Assembly: GCA_965240325.2 (NCBI GenBank)
Contig: OZ251227.1
Coordinates: forward strand, 1,860,001 to 1,924,000
Direction of reading: 5' to 3'
Length of the DNA: 64,000 nt
Source: Rebecca billardiae RCC1528
Taxonomy: Eukaryota > Protista > Haptophyta
Numbering within the stretch: the first letter of the stretch is position 1; every line of letters starts with the position of its first letter. The notes under the pieces were generated by a model. It did no database searches. It saw only the letters and a program-made list of their open reading frames with translations, and was not told the origin of the DNA. Positions 36,601-48,800 of the stretch are shown here, in pieces. A program made the translations under genes and the position numbers.

Positions 36601-39600
36601 GGGCGGCCCCGCGCCCGCCAACGCGTCCCTCGCCGCGGAGGCGGCCGTCTCGCTCTCGCTCCTCCAGCTCAGCGCGGGCGCCGCGCGCGCGGGCGCCCTG
36701 GAGGAGGCGGAGTCGCGCGCACACACAACGTTCACACTGTCAGCGGTTGTGAGCGCCGCGCCGCCGGCGGCGCTCGGGACGGGCGAGATGCAGCTGAGCG
36801 CGCTGGCGCAGGCGGCGGCGATCGGCGCGGCGGCGGCGACGACGACGGGCGTGGGCGCCGCCGAGGGCGCCGCGCTGCTGAGCGCGCTCGACGCCACGCT
36901 CGGCGCGCCCGCGACCGAGCTCGCGCCCGCGGCCGCGGCGGCGGTGGGCGCGGCCGCCGCCTCCGCCGCGGAGGGGCTGGCGCGCGCGCTGCTGGTGGGA
37001 GCGCTGCCGGGCGACCCGCCCGTGGCGGCGGTGGGCGCGCGTCTCAACGTGTCCGCCGCGCGGCTCGCGCCCTCCGCGCTGCTCAACGCCAGCCTCGCCG
37101 GCGCGGGCGGCGCGGGCATGCTGCGCGTGCCGCCGAGCGCGCTCGCCGGCGTCGACGCGTCGGCGCTGGGCGGCTCGGGCGTGGACGTGCTGCTGTGGAG
37201 CGTGGGCAGGGCGGGCCTGCGCGCGCCGGGGGCGGACGCGGCGCTGAACGGCTCGGCGGCCACGCCCACCGCGACGAGCGTCTTCTCGGTCACGCTCGCC
37301 TCGGCGGCCAGCGGCTCGGCGCTGGCCATCTCGGGGCTGGCCGAGCCGCTGCTGCTCGGCATCCCGCCGCTGCCGCCGGCCGCGGCCGGCGCTCCGAACG
37401 GCTCGGCGGCCGACGCGGCCGACGCGGCCGAGTGCCGCTGGTGGGACGAGGTGCGCGGCGCGTGGGTGGCTGACGGGTGCACGACGCTGCCGCCCGACGG
37501 CTCCGCGCTCCTCTGGTGCGCGTGCGACCACCTCACCGAGTTTGCCGGCGTGGCGCTCGACGTGCCCGACTCGGCGGCGGACGCGCTCGACGACGCCAAG
37601 GCGTTCAGGCTCGAGCCGCTCGGCGCGGACGACGTGGCGGGCGCGCTGCTCGCGCCCGCGGCCGAGCGCGACCCGACGCTGCACGCGCTGGTCGGCAGCC
37701 TCGCCGCCGCGTGCCTCGCGTCCGTGTGCGCGCTCGGCTGCCGCGACCGGCAGGCCGCGCGGCGCAAGGCCGCGCAGGTGCTCGCGGACGAGGGCTCGGA
37801 GGAGCAGCAGCCCGCGGGGCCGCGCGTCTTCCGGCGCGCGCTCAGCATGCACGGGGCGCGCGCGCCCACCGCCGCCGCGCCCACCGCGGCCGCGGCCGGC
37901 GGCGGCGAGGCGGAGATCTCGCCCGCGCTGCTCGCCGCGCTCGCCGAGCAGCACGCCGCGTGCGAGATCCAGCGGTACGTCCGCGGGCTGCTCGCGCGCC
38001 GCGCGGCGCTCGACGAGGCGGAGTCGCACGCGGCGAGCTCGCTGCCCGGCGGCGGCGGCGGCGGCGGAGGCAAGCACTCGCGGCTCGCGGCGCTGTGGGC
38101 GCCCGTGCGGCGGCTGAGCGGCGCGGACGCGCTCGGGCTCGCGCGCGCGCTCGCCAGCCGCGCGGGCGCCGAGCACACGCTGCTCGGCGCGCTGCTCGGC
38201 CGGCGCGAGCCCTTGCTGCTGCCCTCTGAGCTCGCCATCCTCTTCTGGGCGGCGGCGGCGCTCGGGCTCGTGCTCTCGTGCGCGCAGTACGACGACGCGC
38301 CGGAGGGCGCGCCCGTCGTGCTGATCCACGAGCTCCTCGCCGCGGCGACGACGGCGCTGCTCAGCGCGCCGCTGCTCCTCGCCGTCAAGTCGCTGTTCTC
38401 TCGCGCGCGCTGGCAGGGCTCGAGCGCGCGCCGTGTGCTCACGCGCGCCGAGCGCGCGCGGCTCGTGTTCGACGAGGCGGTGCGCGTGCGCGCGGCCGCG
38501 CTCGGCGGCGCACAGCCGGCGGTGGAGCGCGGGGCGCGGGCACACGAACGCGCCGGCCGCGCCGCGCCGCGCCGCGAGCTCAGCTGGTGGGACCGGCGGG
38601 GCCGCGCGGACGCGCCCGCAGCCGCGGCGCTGGACCGCGTGCTCCCGACACGCGCCTCACGCCGCCAGCAGCCCTCGCCCGTCGCCATCGCCGTGTCTGT
38701 CGACACGCCGCCCGACCCGCCGGCTCGGTGCGCACCGCACGCGCCCGCGGACGCGGACGCGGACGCGCCGGCGGGCGCGCGCGACGCGGGCGGCACCCGC
38801 TCCAGCTCCGACGGCTCTGAGCGGAGCTGCTCTGCGGCCGTGGCGCTCGCGCGCGCCGGCGCGTCGCCCAACGGCGTGCGCTCGCGCGTCTCCGCCGACG
38901 AGCTGCCCGAGCCGGCGGCCGCGGACGCGGCCGCGCCGGCGAGTGCGCTCGGCCGCGCGCCGAGCGTGCTCACGGAGCGCGCGCTGCGCGAGCACACGAC
39001 GCGCATGCGTGAGCACACGACGCGCGCCGCGCGCCGCGGCTCGGCGCGCGCGCCGCGGGCAGCGGTGGCAGGCGCGCCGTTGCCTTATGCCGAGCGCGCC
39101 CCCGCTTCGCTCGAGCACTGCCCCGACTCGCCGCCGCTGCCGAGGCTGGGCGTGTCGATGCGGCCGCTGGTGCTCCCGCCCGTGCCGCCGCACTCGCCCG
39201 CGCCGCGCTCGCCGCTCGCGCTCACCAGCGCGACGCCCACCCCGCGCGCGCCCGCGCTCGCAGCGGCCGAGGGCTCGAGCGACTCCGCTCAGCGCGCGCC
39301 CGCACACGCGGCGGGCGCAAGCGGCTCGCCGTGCGACTCGCGGCCGTCCGGCAGCCTCGGCAGCCTCGGTGCCCGCTTCTCGAGCCGCAGCGGCTCGAGC
39401 GTCACGCTCGCATGGGCATCGCCGCGCCGATCGAGCCGCGCCTCGGCCGCGCAGCCGCAGCAGCCGCCGCAGCAGCAGTGGCGGGGTGGCGCGTCCAATG
39501 CGTCGACGGCACTGGGCTCACCGGCCGAGGGCTCGGCGCGCCCCTCCGCCGCGCCGTCGCCGCGCACGCCGCCCTCCTCGCCGCCCGCGCCCGGGCCGCC

Positions 39601-40708
39601 GCCCGCGCCGCCCGCGCCGCTGCAGGCGGCGCCCGCGGCGGCGCGCCCAGCGGCGGAGGGCGGCGAGTGGCGGCGCTCGCGCGCACGCTGTGGTGGGCCT
39701 TCTGAGCAGCTCGGCCTAGGCCTGCCCTCGCCCGCCGCCAGCTCTCAGCCCGAGGCGCTGCGCCGCCGCGCCTCGCTCTCGTCGGTGGGCTCGGCCGAGT
39801 CGGTCCCGCGCGTGCGCACCATCTCCACAGAGCTCGCGCAGCAGTACCTGCCCTCGGCGAGCTCGCGCTTCGAGGCGCCGACCGAGGCGGAGCGGCTGCG
39901 CGCGGCCGGCCTCTCGCCCGCGCCGCCCGCGCTGCGCGCCGCGCGTCTCTCCTCGCTGAGCGCGGAGCTGGGCACGCAGCTCACGCGCGGCACGGACGGC
40001 GTCTCGGTGGCGGAGGCGTCCGAGCTGACGGCCGAGAGCCTCGCCTCCGTCTCCGTCCTCTCCGCGCCGCACACGCACGGCCTCGACTCCGCCTCCGCCT
40101 CGCTGCTGCGCTACCGCTTCGTGCTCGCAGACCCGACACTCTCGGGCGCGGTGCACCCGCGCGCCGCTCGCCGCTTCCTCGAGGAGCTCGGCTTTGGCAA
40201 GGGGCTCGCGGCGCGCGCGGTCGCAAGGCTCGCGGCGGAGGAGGCGGAGGCGGGCGGCGGCGCCGTCCCCTTCCGCGCGCTGTGCGGCTGGTACGCGGCG
40301 CGCGTGGAGGACGGGGCGCGCGCGAGCGTGCGGCGCACGGCGCGCGCAGGGGCGTGGGCGCCGCGCCGCGCGCGCGCCTTGTGCCGCGCGGCGTGCGGCG
40401 CGCGCTTCCGCACGGCGCTCGGCTGGCTCATCTCGGTGGTGACGGTGTGCGCGTGCTGCCTCTCCGCGCTCGCGTACGGCTACCGCTTCGGCCGCGCCAA
40501 GACGCGGCGCATGATGCTCAGCTGGGGGCTCGCCGAGGCGCAGCGGCTCGCGCTGGTCGAGCCGCTGCTCACGCTCGTGCGCGTCGGCGCGGCGCAGGCG
40601 GTGCGGCGCACGGCGCACTTTGGCGCGACGGTGGGTGACTCGATCAACGAGGCGCTCGCGTCGGGCACCGGCCGTGCCCTGCAGTGGGCGGCGAGTCACC
40701 TCGCCTAG
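24629..40708 (+). CDS. Giant (~4,800 aa) LRR - extensin-like stalk - REJ/GAIN-GPS - polycystin-1-like membrane receptor; exons 24629-24903, 25099-25170, 25334-25405, 25633-25704, 25926-25997, 26214-26285, 26521-26595, 26823-26894, 27049-40708
   Basis: Eight GT-AG introns, all phase 2, splice into one open frame that joins ORF 27005..40708. Plant-type LRR consensus LxLxxNxLTGxLPxELGQLTxL. SPPP/SPPPP stalk. REJ-type VVVNRPPYGGALAVSP..WTDDDPDDLPLSYAF. GPS motif CRWWD..W..DGC..CACDHLTEFA. About 5 hydrophobic segments. Start could be 24629 or 24641. Confidence 0.88.
25099..26894 (+). repeat. Tandem array of exon+intron LRR cassettes (period ~235-307 bp)
   Basis: Seven exons of 72 nt (one of 75 nt). 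The introns between them share gtg(c/t)gcgcacgctctc..gccgacgcgcccgctgctgcactgccc at their 5' ends. Confidence 0.92.
27122..34320 (+). repeat. Coding minisatellite: extensin/HRGP-like (SPPP)3-SPPPP unit of 17 aa / 51 bp, ~2,400 aa in total
   Basis: Direct translation; regular up to ~33.7 kb and degenerate afterwards. Confidence 0.97.
37433..37546 (+). other. GPS autoproteolysis motif (H-L|T at 37529-37537)
   Basis: CRWWDEVRGAWVADGCTTLPPDGSALLWCACDHLTEFA has the four Cys, the conserved Trp residues and the HL|T triad. Confidence 0.9.
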
Positions 40709-41232
40709 CTACGCCTGGCGGTCAGCTACGGCCTGGCGGTCTCCTCGTCGACAGCGGACAGCCTTGCTATGATCATCACGCGCACCGCCGCCCGATTTCG
40801 ATCAACCGGTTGCTGGCCTGCCAGCTTGTCGCGCGTGTGCGTGCGGTCTGACCGATGATGGCGCGACACTGTCGGCTGTCGGCATATATGGCGCTGACGA
40901 CGGCGAAACAATAAATGGCAGGCGGCGCCGGCCGTATAGGCGCCCGCGTGGGCGCGGCCAGGCCCAGTGCCGCCACTCCGACGGTACGGGCGCCGGCCCG
41001 CCCCTCAGGCCTCACTCATCACTGTGCGGCCGTTAGGCGTTACCGTACCGCGCGCTTCGTCATCGCTCACCACCGGGCACTCCTTCGCAGCTCCCGAAGC
41101 TACTATGACCAAGACGAAATTCGGCCGTCATCACGCGGGCCCGCACATCGGCGTAACTAGTCCACGTGACTGACGGCCGCCACGGCATAATGGCGAATAA
41201 AGTGTAAACCTTGGGCGCCCCGCGGCTGAGCC

Positions 41233-42345
41233 CTAGGAATCCGCCAGCTCGTCCCTTGAGCTTGAAGGGGCACTCATCTCCCGAAGCAGGACGTCGAGGC
41301 GCTCGTTGTGTGGAGCGAAGAAGCGCTCCAAGCGAGCGCGTGTTGCCGCATCCATGGTTTCCTTGTAGCCGCCACGGTTGCCAGCTCCTCCTGTGATCGC
41401 TGTGTAGCCCACACCCTTCTGAACAGAGATCGGTTCAACGCCAATGAACTCGTAGACTCTGCGCATGGTTCTTGCCAAGGCATCCTCCTCCAGGTCGCGC
41501 ATGTGCAGCACGAGGATCTGCTCACGGGGGAAGTACCGCAGGTATCGTTCGATGTTGGCAGCGTACATCCCACGGCGGAGGAGGGAGCAGGGATGAATGA
41601 GGGTCCCCGTGTGCTGTGGCACGTCATCATCAGCGCTCATCGCCTCGAGTGCCTCAAAGGCGCCTTGCTCCTCAGCCTGCTCAGAGAGGCCGATCATGTC
41701 CTCGAAGCGCCAGGGAACCGGCAGGGTGGATGAAAAGAGGGGACGGGCGAACGATTTGCTGAACCTCTTGTACATCTGGAACTGGCTGAACGCGCGGTCC
41801 GCGGGGTCTCGCACGAGGGCAATCAGCTTGGCATGCGGCGCCCACATCGCCAAACGTTTGGCGGCATACGGGGCGACGAGGGCATGCGGCGATGCATCGA
41901 AGACCACCTTGCTCCCCTTGGTCCACCGTAGCGGAAAGAAGAGACGGTAGCCTCGCTCATCCACACGTGATCCGAAAAGGGACATGAACCACTGCGTCTC
42001 CTTGCCGTTGTGGAACGGGAAGGGTTGGTGGCCTGTCGCCCAGACGAAGAAAGGCCCTGCCATCCGTGGGTGGCCTGCAAACTGGTCTGTGAGTACGGTG
42101 GTACCTGCCTTCTGTTCGCCCAAGACGAGAACGTCTGGGAGAGCGCGGAGACGCGCAGTGAGCAATCGCCAGAGGAACTCCGACTTGCTTGTCGATCGGA
42201 GCAGCGCGAGCCGCTGCACGAACGAAAAGGAGCTGTCGTAGGTGAGCTCAACCCGTCGAAGGATGAACGCGTGGACCCAAAGCAGGGCAGCGGCCACGCA
42301 AGACGCCGCGCAAGCCCCTGCGACGGCGGCGGCGGCGGGTGGCAT
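41233..42345 (-). CDS. Membrane-anchored PAPS-dependent sulfotransferase (heparan sulfate 3-O / NDST-like family)
   Basis: 5'-PSB motif LPDVLVLGEQKAGTT, KETQWF, 3'-PB motif LVRDPADRAFSQF and C-terminal LERFFAPHNERL; N-terminal TM segment; ATG at 42345. Confidence 0.9.
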   Translation of the reverse strand: MPPAAAAVAGACAASCVAAALLWVHAFILRRVELTYDSSFSFVQRLALLRSTSKSEFLWRLLTARLRALPDVLVLGEQKAGTTVLTDQFAGHPRMAGPFFVWATGHQPFPFHNGKETQWFMSLFGSRVDERGYRLFFPLRWTKGSKVVFDASPHALVAPYAAKRLAMWAPHAKLIALVRDPADRAFSQFQMYKRFSKSFARPLFSSTLPVPWRFEDMIGLSEQAEEQGAFEALEAMSADDDVPQHTGTLIHPCSLLRRGMYAANIERYLRYFPREQILVLHMRDLEEDALARTMRRVYEFIGVEPISVQKGVGYTAITGGAGNRGGYKETMDAATRARLERFFAPHNERLDVLLREMSAPSSSRDELADS

Positions 42346-42552
42346 AGGCGGGAGAGTCGCGCAACGGAGCGGCAAATTGGCGGCCGACGAAGCCTTTTAT
42401 TTTAATTAGATTTTTTGCGCGTCCGGGCCAAGATTCCACCCGTTCCACGAGGTGTTGTTCCGCCTCCAGGCGCCCCGCACCACGGTCGTGGCGGCAGGAT
42501 GGCGATCAAGTGGCGCGTGGCCGACGTGCGGCCCGAGAGAAACGTGACTTGG

Positions 42553-43543
42553 GCGTCGCGCGCCGCGCTGGCGGGGCGGCCAGGACCCACGCGCGCCTTC
42601 GAACCCCCGGCGCCCGCGTGCGCATCGGCTTCCTCCGCCTGCGAGTCGCCTGCGACCGCGCCCGCCGCCCGCTTTGAGTGGGTTGACCGCGCCCGATCCT
42701 GCTCGCTGCCGAGCGCAGGGATGAGTTGAGCGCGGCGCGAGGCGGCGATCGCGGTCGGGCGATCGCGTGAGCCCATTTGCGCCCCATCTGCCACGGCGCG
42801 ACCGCTTCAGCATGCGTATGTGACCCCACTTGTCATGGTTGTCTCATGTCGGGTAGCAGGTGAGCCATGTCGGCCAGCATGTCCGCGCGTGTGTGCGCGC
42901 GCGCAGGGCTCTACGGGTCGGATGCCGCTCCGTGGCATCTCTTGATGTCTGCACTGCGCAAACTGGCTGGCACGATTGGTCCGCATCTGTAGTTGTGCGA
43001 CGCCTGCCGTGTTCGCGACGAGAACTCAAGCAAGTTCTTCTGGCGACCCTGAGAGTTGCCGTCACCATTGACGCACGTTGCGAGCTGGCAGAGCAGTGAA
43101 GGGCATGCCCTTGGTGGCCCAAGCTGGGCAATACACGGCAGTCGGCATGCCCTGATGCCAAATGTGACGTGTTTCCGACCCGTCTGGCCCTGCGCAGGCG
43201 CGGCGCGCGCGGACACGCTGGCCGACAGTGCCTCGCCCGCTACCCGACATGAGACAACCATGACAAGTGGGGTCACATACGCATGCTGAAGCGGTCGCGC
43301 CGTGGCAGATGGGGCGCAAATGGGCTCACGCGATCGCCCGACCGCGATCGCCGCCTCGCGCCGCGCTCAACTCATCCCTGCGCTCGGCGGCGAGCAGGCT
43401 CGGGCGCGGTCAACCCACTCAAAGCGGGCGGCGGGCGCGGTCGCGGGCGACTCGCAGGCGGAGGAAGCCGATGCGCACGCGGGCGCCGGGGGTTCGAAGG
43501 CGCGCGTGGGTCCCGGCCGCCCCGCCAGCGCGGCGCGCGGCGC
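42553..43543. mobile_element. Foldback / long inverted repeat: arms ~42553-42921 and ~43175-43543 with a ~250-bp spacer
   Basis: The outer ~300 bp of each arm are near-perfect reverse complements (mirror ORFs 42402..42794- and 43302..43829+). The inner ~65 bp are diverged. No TSD found. Confidence 0.8.
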
Positions 43544-45105
43544 AAACAGCAACTCCTCGACAGCAGAGCGCGTGGATCGCCGCGACGTCGACGTCGCCCG
43601 CCCGCCCCCGCCCCTCCTCAACGGCCGCGCCCCGCGTGCGCGCACTCAGGGTCCGGGAGCTCAAAAGGTGCAAGTTGCACCTTTTGAGCTCCCGGACCGT
43701 GTGCGAACTAATCGCCTTTCTGGAACGGGTGGCTACCGGCACCAGTCCTTCCCCCTTTACAATACTGCTGTAGAAAGTAATACCGGAGTAGGAATACGAA
43801 CAATGGACCCCGAAACGATTTTTGATTAGGCACGCCTCGGGAATCGAGAACGCATGTCGTTACCTTTTTGAGCGCGCATCATAGGGACGTCGTTGCGATT
43901 CCCACCTATTTGTTGAAGCTTTTATTCTACGACCTAATCCGCTCCCCAAGTCGAGGAACCGCGACGCACGTGTGCTTTCGCCGCCGCGCCGCGTGCGCTC
44001 GGCACACACGATTGAGTATGACGAACGAGCGCGCCGCTGCAGGAGGCGAAGGCCGCGCGCGACACGCAGAATGGCGCTCAGCCGGCGTGGCTCGACGACG
44101 CTGCCGGCATTCGCGCTCGCACACACGTGCGCGACCGAGGAACAGCTCCGCGGGCCTCCGCCGAACCCAGCGCCGGCGGATGCCATCGTCGGCGTCGCGA
44201 GGAACTGCGCCGATCTGGCGGAGATCCAGCGGCACGTGGCGGCGATGAAGCAGCCGCGACCGCATCAGATGACGTGCACGAACGGCCTCATGGAGAAGCT
44301 CGTACCACAAGCCTACCATAAGCCACCCGCTCGCTGCCGACTAGTGCGGAGTGCCCGACTACTACTACAGCTACTGGCCCTGGCTCGTCATCAACAGGCG
44401 CGGCCTTCGAGCCGTCACCCGCGCCGCCCGCGGCTCGCGGCGCCATCGCGGACCGGCGTGCCCGCCGGCGCGAGCTGCACAACACAACATGCACACCGAC
44501 GCGAGCCGCTCGTACCACGTCGTGCCCGACGGGCCGTGCTCAGCGACGGCTTAGCAGGAGCCACGGAGTCTACGCCGTGCAGTCGGTTGTGACTTGTGCC
44601 CTGCCGGCCTGCGCCGCTCGCCCCGCGCCTACAGCCGGTGGGCCATCCGCGGTGCGTGCCGTTGCAGTGCCGTCGTGCCCGAGCGGCCGTGCGCAGCGAC
44701 GACCCCATCGACGCGCGCCTCGCCGTGCGCCTCGGTGGGCCTTGCAGAAGTGCCGCGCTGCCGCGCCTGGCTTAATCGCACACGCGACTCGGCGGGCAGC
44801 GCGCCACCGGATGATACCGTCACTTCAGCGCTGAACGGCCAACTCGTCCCATCGTCGTCGGGTCTGCCGGCCCTGGGAAGCTTCTCCGTCGCGTCCTAGA
44901 CGCGCTGTGTTCGACCAGCCCCACCTGGACAAGGCCGCAAGGCCCCCGCTGTTTTCATTACGATCGCGGTGCAGGCTATGCTCTGCCACCAACGCCGACT
45001 TCGTGTCGACGATCGGGCACTGCCGCCGACGAATCAGGAGACCCGCGTCGTCCTACCTGTGTCGTTAAATCATATAGAATGGGTCCAGACCCAAGGATTA
45101 GCTAT

Positions 45106-47089
45106 CCCCTTACCGCAGTTCACTTTGCTTCTGTATGGAAGCAAAGTTGACGGCGTCCGCTGAGGGCGCCTTGCGGCCAGTCAGGGCGCCTTTGGGCGCT
45201 GAACGCCGCATGATACTGTGCAGGCATGGTCTAGCTACCCTCAGACAGCCGCCAGACTGGTCCCTCCAGCTACAATGCCTCCACGATGGCATCGCGCGGC
45301 AGCGCGCCGAGCTGCCGTACGGGCGTGTCGTGCCCGGCTGCCCGCCAGGCTAGTGGCCGTGTGCCCGCGACACCCGGCTGCACGCCTTGCAGCTGCTTCA
45401 GGCAGGTAGGCGATCGGTCGAGATGGCTGTAGGCGGTGTACGTACTGCACGCGCTGGTCTGCGCGCGTTCACCTGACTCGTCGCGCTGAACTCACTCACC
45501 TGATAGTCGCGCGTGACACGCTAGTGGCGGCTTGCGGCGCACGCAGCAGCCGCAGGCCGCGCGCGCGGCGTGATTGCCGAGTGCAAGTCAGCCAGGAGCT
45601 CGGCGGGATGGGCGGTCATGTTTCTTCGTCTGCTTCGGTGTCGATCGCATGCGCGACGCGCGCGCCCCGCTGCGCAAGTACACCCTCCTCATTGCCGACG
45701 TCACACAGGAAGCCGCATGATGGATCTCGAGCTCGGAGAGCAGCGTCAGAGCACCACAGGCACTGACTGGCAGCCCGAGAGCCGACCGGCGGGTGACGTC
45801 CTTCACCCCGCCTGATGCGGTACCGCGTGCGGCACCATACCGCAGCGATACGAGCACCTCAGAGGCGAACTGAGCACCCCTCAAAACTTTGCTTCTGGGC
45901 GTGCTCGAATACTCGTTTGGCACTCCGTTTGGACGCCGTGGCACCGGAGAAGGGGGAGGGCGGCGGCGATGAGGCTCGGGTGGCCCACGAACATGCTCAC
46001 GAAGATGCCTCTCAGCCATCGCGCGCCCTCTCGCGGCGTCCACCTGCCCGCCGAGCGGGGGCGAACCCATCTTTGCTTCGTATCCCCTTACCGCAGTCTG
46101 CTTCTATACGAAGCAGATTTGGGTGGGCGGCGGCGTGGGAGCGCTGGGCGCGCAGGTAGACGGCGCGAGCGGGCGCGCGCACGCTTGGGGGCATCTTTGG
46201 GACCATACCCATCGATGACCCGAGCCTCGCCGCCACCGCCCTTCCCCTTCTCCCGTGCCACGGCGTCCAGACGGAGTGCCAAACGAGCGTTTGAACATGC
46301 CACGAAGCAGATTTGGAATGGTGCTCAAACCGCTGCGGCAGTGATCGTCAGGCTGCGGCGTGAGGCTGGGAGGGGTATCATAACATAATGGATGACGGTC
46401 GTCACCCGTGCGCCGGTCGGTAGGCTGCTACTCAGCGCCCGTAGCCTCGTACGCTGCACGTCGAGCTCAAGATCCCTCACCGTGGGCTCCGCGCGAGTGA
46501 CACTGAGCACGAGGAGGGTGTACTTGCGAGGGGTACGCGCGTCGCGCCTGCGATCGACGCCAAGACAAGCGAAGAAGCGATACCACCACTCCCGCGAAGC
46601 GCCTGCCTGACTTGCACTCGGTGTACACACCGCGTGCGGCATGCCGCAAGGAAGGAGCCCGACCCGTGCCTCAGCGTGTCCCGCGCGGCTGGCTGGTGGG
46701 CACTTTCAGCGTGATCGGTCATGCGAACGCGCGCAGAGTCACGCGCGCAGTATGTACACTGTCTACAATCATCTTTGTCGGTCGCCCACGTGCTTGAAGC
46801 GGCTGCAAGGAGTGCAGCCGGGTGTCGCGGGCCAGTCGAGCGCCCAGCTAGCACGACGGCAGCTCGGCGCCGCCGCGCGCTGCCATCGTGGAGGCGGTGA
46901 AGCTGGAGGTACTAGGCTGGCGGCTGTCTGAAGGTAGCTAGACCATGCCTGGGCACTCTCAAGCCGTGTTCAATGCCCAGGCGCGCGTGGGTGGGCCGCA
47001 AAGCGCGCGCAGCGGCCGCCGTCAAATCTGCTTCCATACGAAGCAGATTGAACTGCGGTAAGGGGATAGAAGCAACCTGCGGTAAGGGG
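45106..47089. mobile_element. MITE-like element A, interrupted by same-family element B
   Basis: TIRs ccccttaccgcag / ctgcggtaagggg, flanked at|...|at. Confidence 0.8.
46084..47065. mobile_element. MITE-like element B (982 bp), nested in opposite orientation in the right subterminal region of A
   Basis: Same TIRs, flanked at|...|at. The body is a diverged reverse complement of 45106-46080. Confidence 0.82.
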
Positions 47090-48800
47090 ATTACAGAATC
47101 GCGAACCGTCAGAACCCCCTCGGAGCAAGGGGCTTACAAAATACCACTTTTGTAAGCCCCTTGCTGTGAGGTGCTCTCCGCCACTAACAGAACAATCGAA
47201 ATTGAGAACAATCGAGATTGAGATTGTTCTCGCCACTAACAGAACAATCGAGGTCGCCCGCCGCCGAAAATTAAACTCTGCCCTGGCGGGCGGGGGGGTC
47301 GGCGGGCCGTGCCAGTGCTGTCGCAATATTTCCTTCAGCGGGTCGTTATTCGCGCCTTTTAGTTTTATTTAGCGGTTTGACGGGCAGGATGACGAATAAC
47401 AGTGCGACACACAGATGATGGTGAGCTACCTGACTCACTGACGAATAATAACGCGACAGATGACTCTGGTGATCTCACCGACAGTGTGATTGCGCGTGTA
47501 TTCGTGCACCCACTGCGCTACTCGTCATCGTGCCGAGCCGGCGTCGACTGCGCGCACGGCGCACTGCCAACTGATTGGCGTGCGACGGCGGCTTGCTTGT
47601 GACGCCTGACGGTGACGGTTCAATGTCCTCGGAGCTAAACAGTGGTGGCGGAGTGTGATGTCATGTTTCATTTGTTTAGGTCGTCTGGAAGTGCGGTGCG
47701 TGCGCGCGCAGTGCGAGAGCGTGTGCCACTCGCGATCGAGGGTGGGCACGCGCTGCTCGAGCAGGCACATGAAGCGCAGCGCATGTGCCACTGGCTTCAC
47801 GACGTCGGCCTCGTCCAGCAGCGCCCGTGCCATGGTGGAGGATGGGGCGACGATGTTGCACGCTCGGCGTTTCACTCTCGTGGCGGATGTGCGTCCGTGG
47901 GATCGAGCGCTGTGCGACGAGGGCCGCCGACTCGCCAAGATGCGGTTCTGTCCACGGCTGCAAACCCGGCAGGTGCGTGCGGTGCGCCTCGTACGCCGCT
48001 TTGCGCTGCGCCTCCATCGCATTGGTCACCGTCGACGCCATGCAGGCCGGACGTGGGCCCTGAGGCGCCGAGCGATTTTTGGCCGCGAGCTCGCGAGCGC
48101 GAAAGATGATCGCCCGCTCTGGAACACCACCGACCGTACAGTTTACTAAGAATAAGAGACGCACACAGCTCAGGCAGGCGACAGTAGCAAACGGATTTGC
48201 ATGCGCCCGACCTTGCCAACCGGGGCACGCGACAGTCCGGTGTGTGCATTCCGGTTATGGTGTTCAGAGGCCGCGCCAAAGCTTGCGTCGCGTGCGATGG
48301 CGCTTCCCGCCCGCGAGACGCCTCTTGATGAGGGCCTTTCGTACCGAGCTCGACGCGCGACGGTGGATCGCGCGAGGCGGCCATCGTGCGCAGCGCTTGA
48401 TGCTATGGCCGGTGCGAGCGCTCGACGTGCAAGTCAAGCGAGGACCGCCCCAGGTCGCACGATCGTGTCGACGCGCCGAGCGTGCCTCCAAACGCGTCGA
48501 CTTTGGCCCTCGTTCGACCTGCACGCGAGACGACGAGGGCAGCAATCGCGAATCGGGCGAAAACACGTCTCGGGAATCCTCGCGCGATGTCCGCGCTGGC
48601 GTTGGATTTGGCGCGCGCCGCCCACGCGCTCCGCGCCATAACCAAGATGGTTTTCGGCCGAGCGTCCCCAGTGGGAGCTGCGAGGGCGCCCGGTAGTGAG
48701 CGAAGCGACCCGGCCTGGGCAGTGAGCGAGGCGATTTTCTTTTCTTTGCGAGGCGATTTTCTTTTTCCTTTTCTTTTTCTTATCTTTTTCCCGGGCACTA

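Noticed and set aside
43860-44900. Short protein-like stretch (ADAIVGVARNCADLAEIQRHVAAMKQPRPHQ)
   Set aside because: No recognisable domain or consistent exon structure; lies among TE debris.
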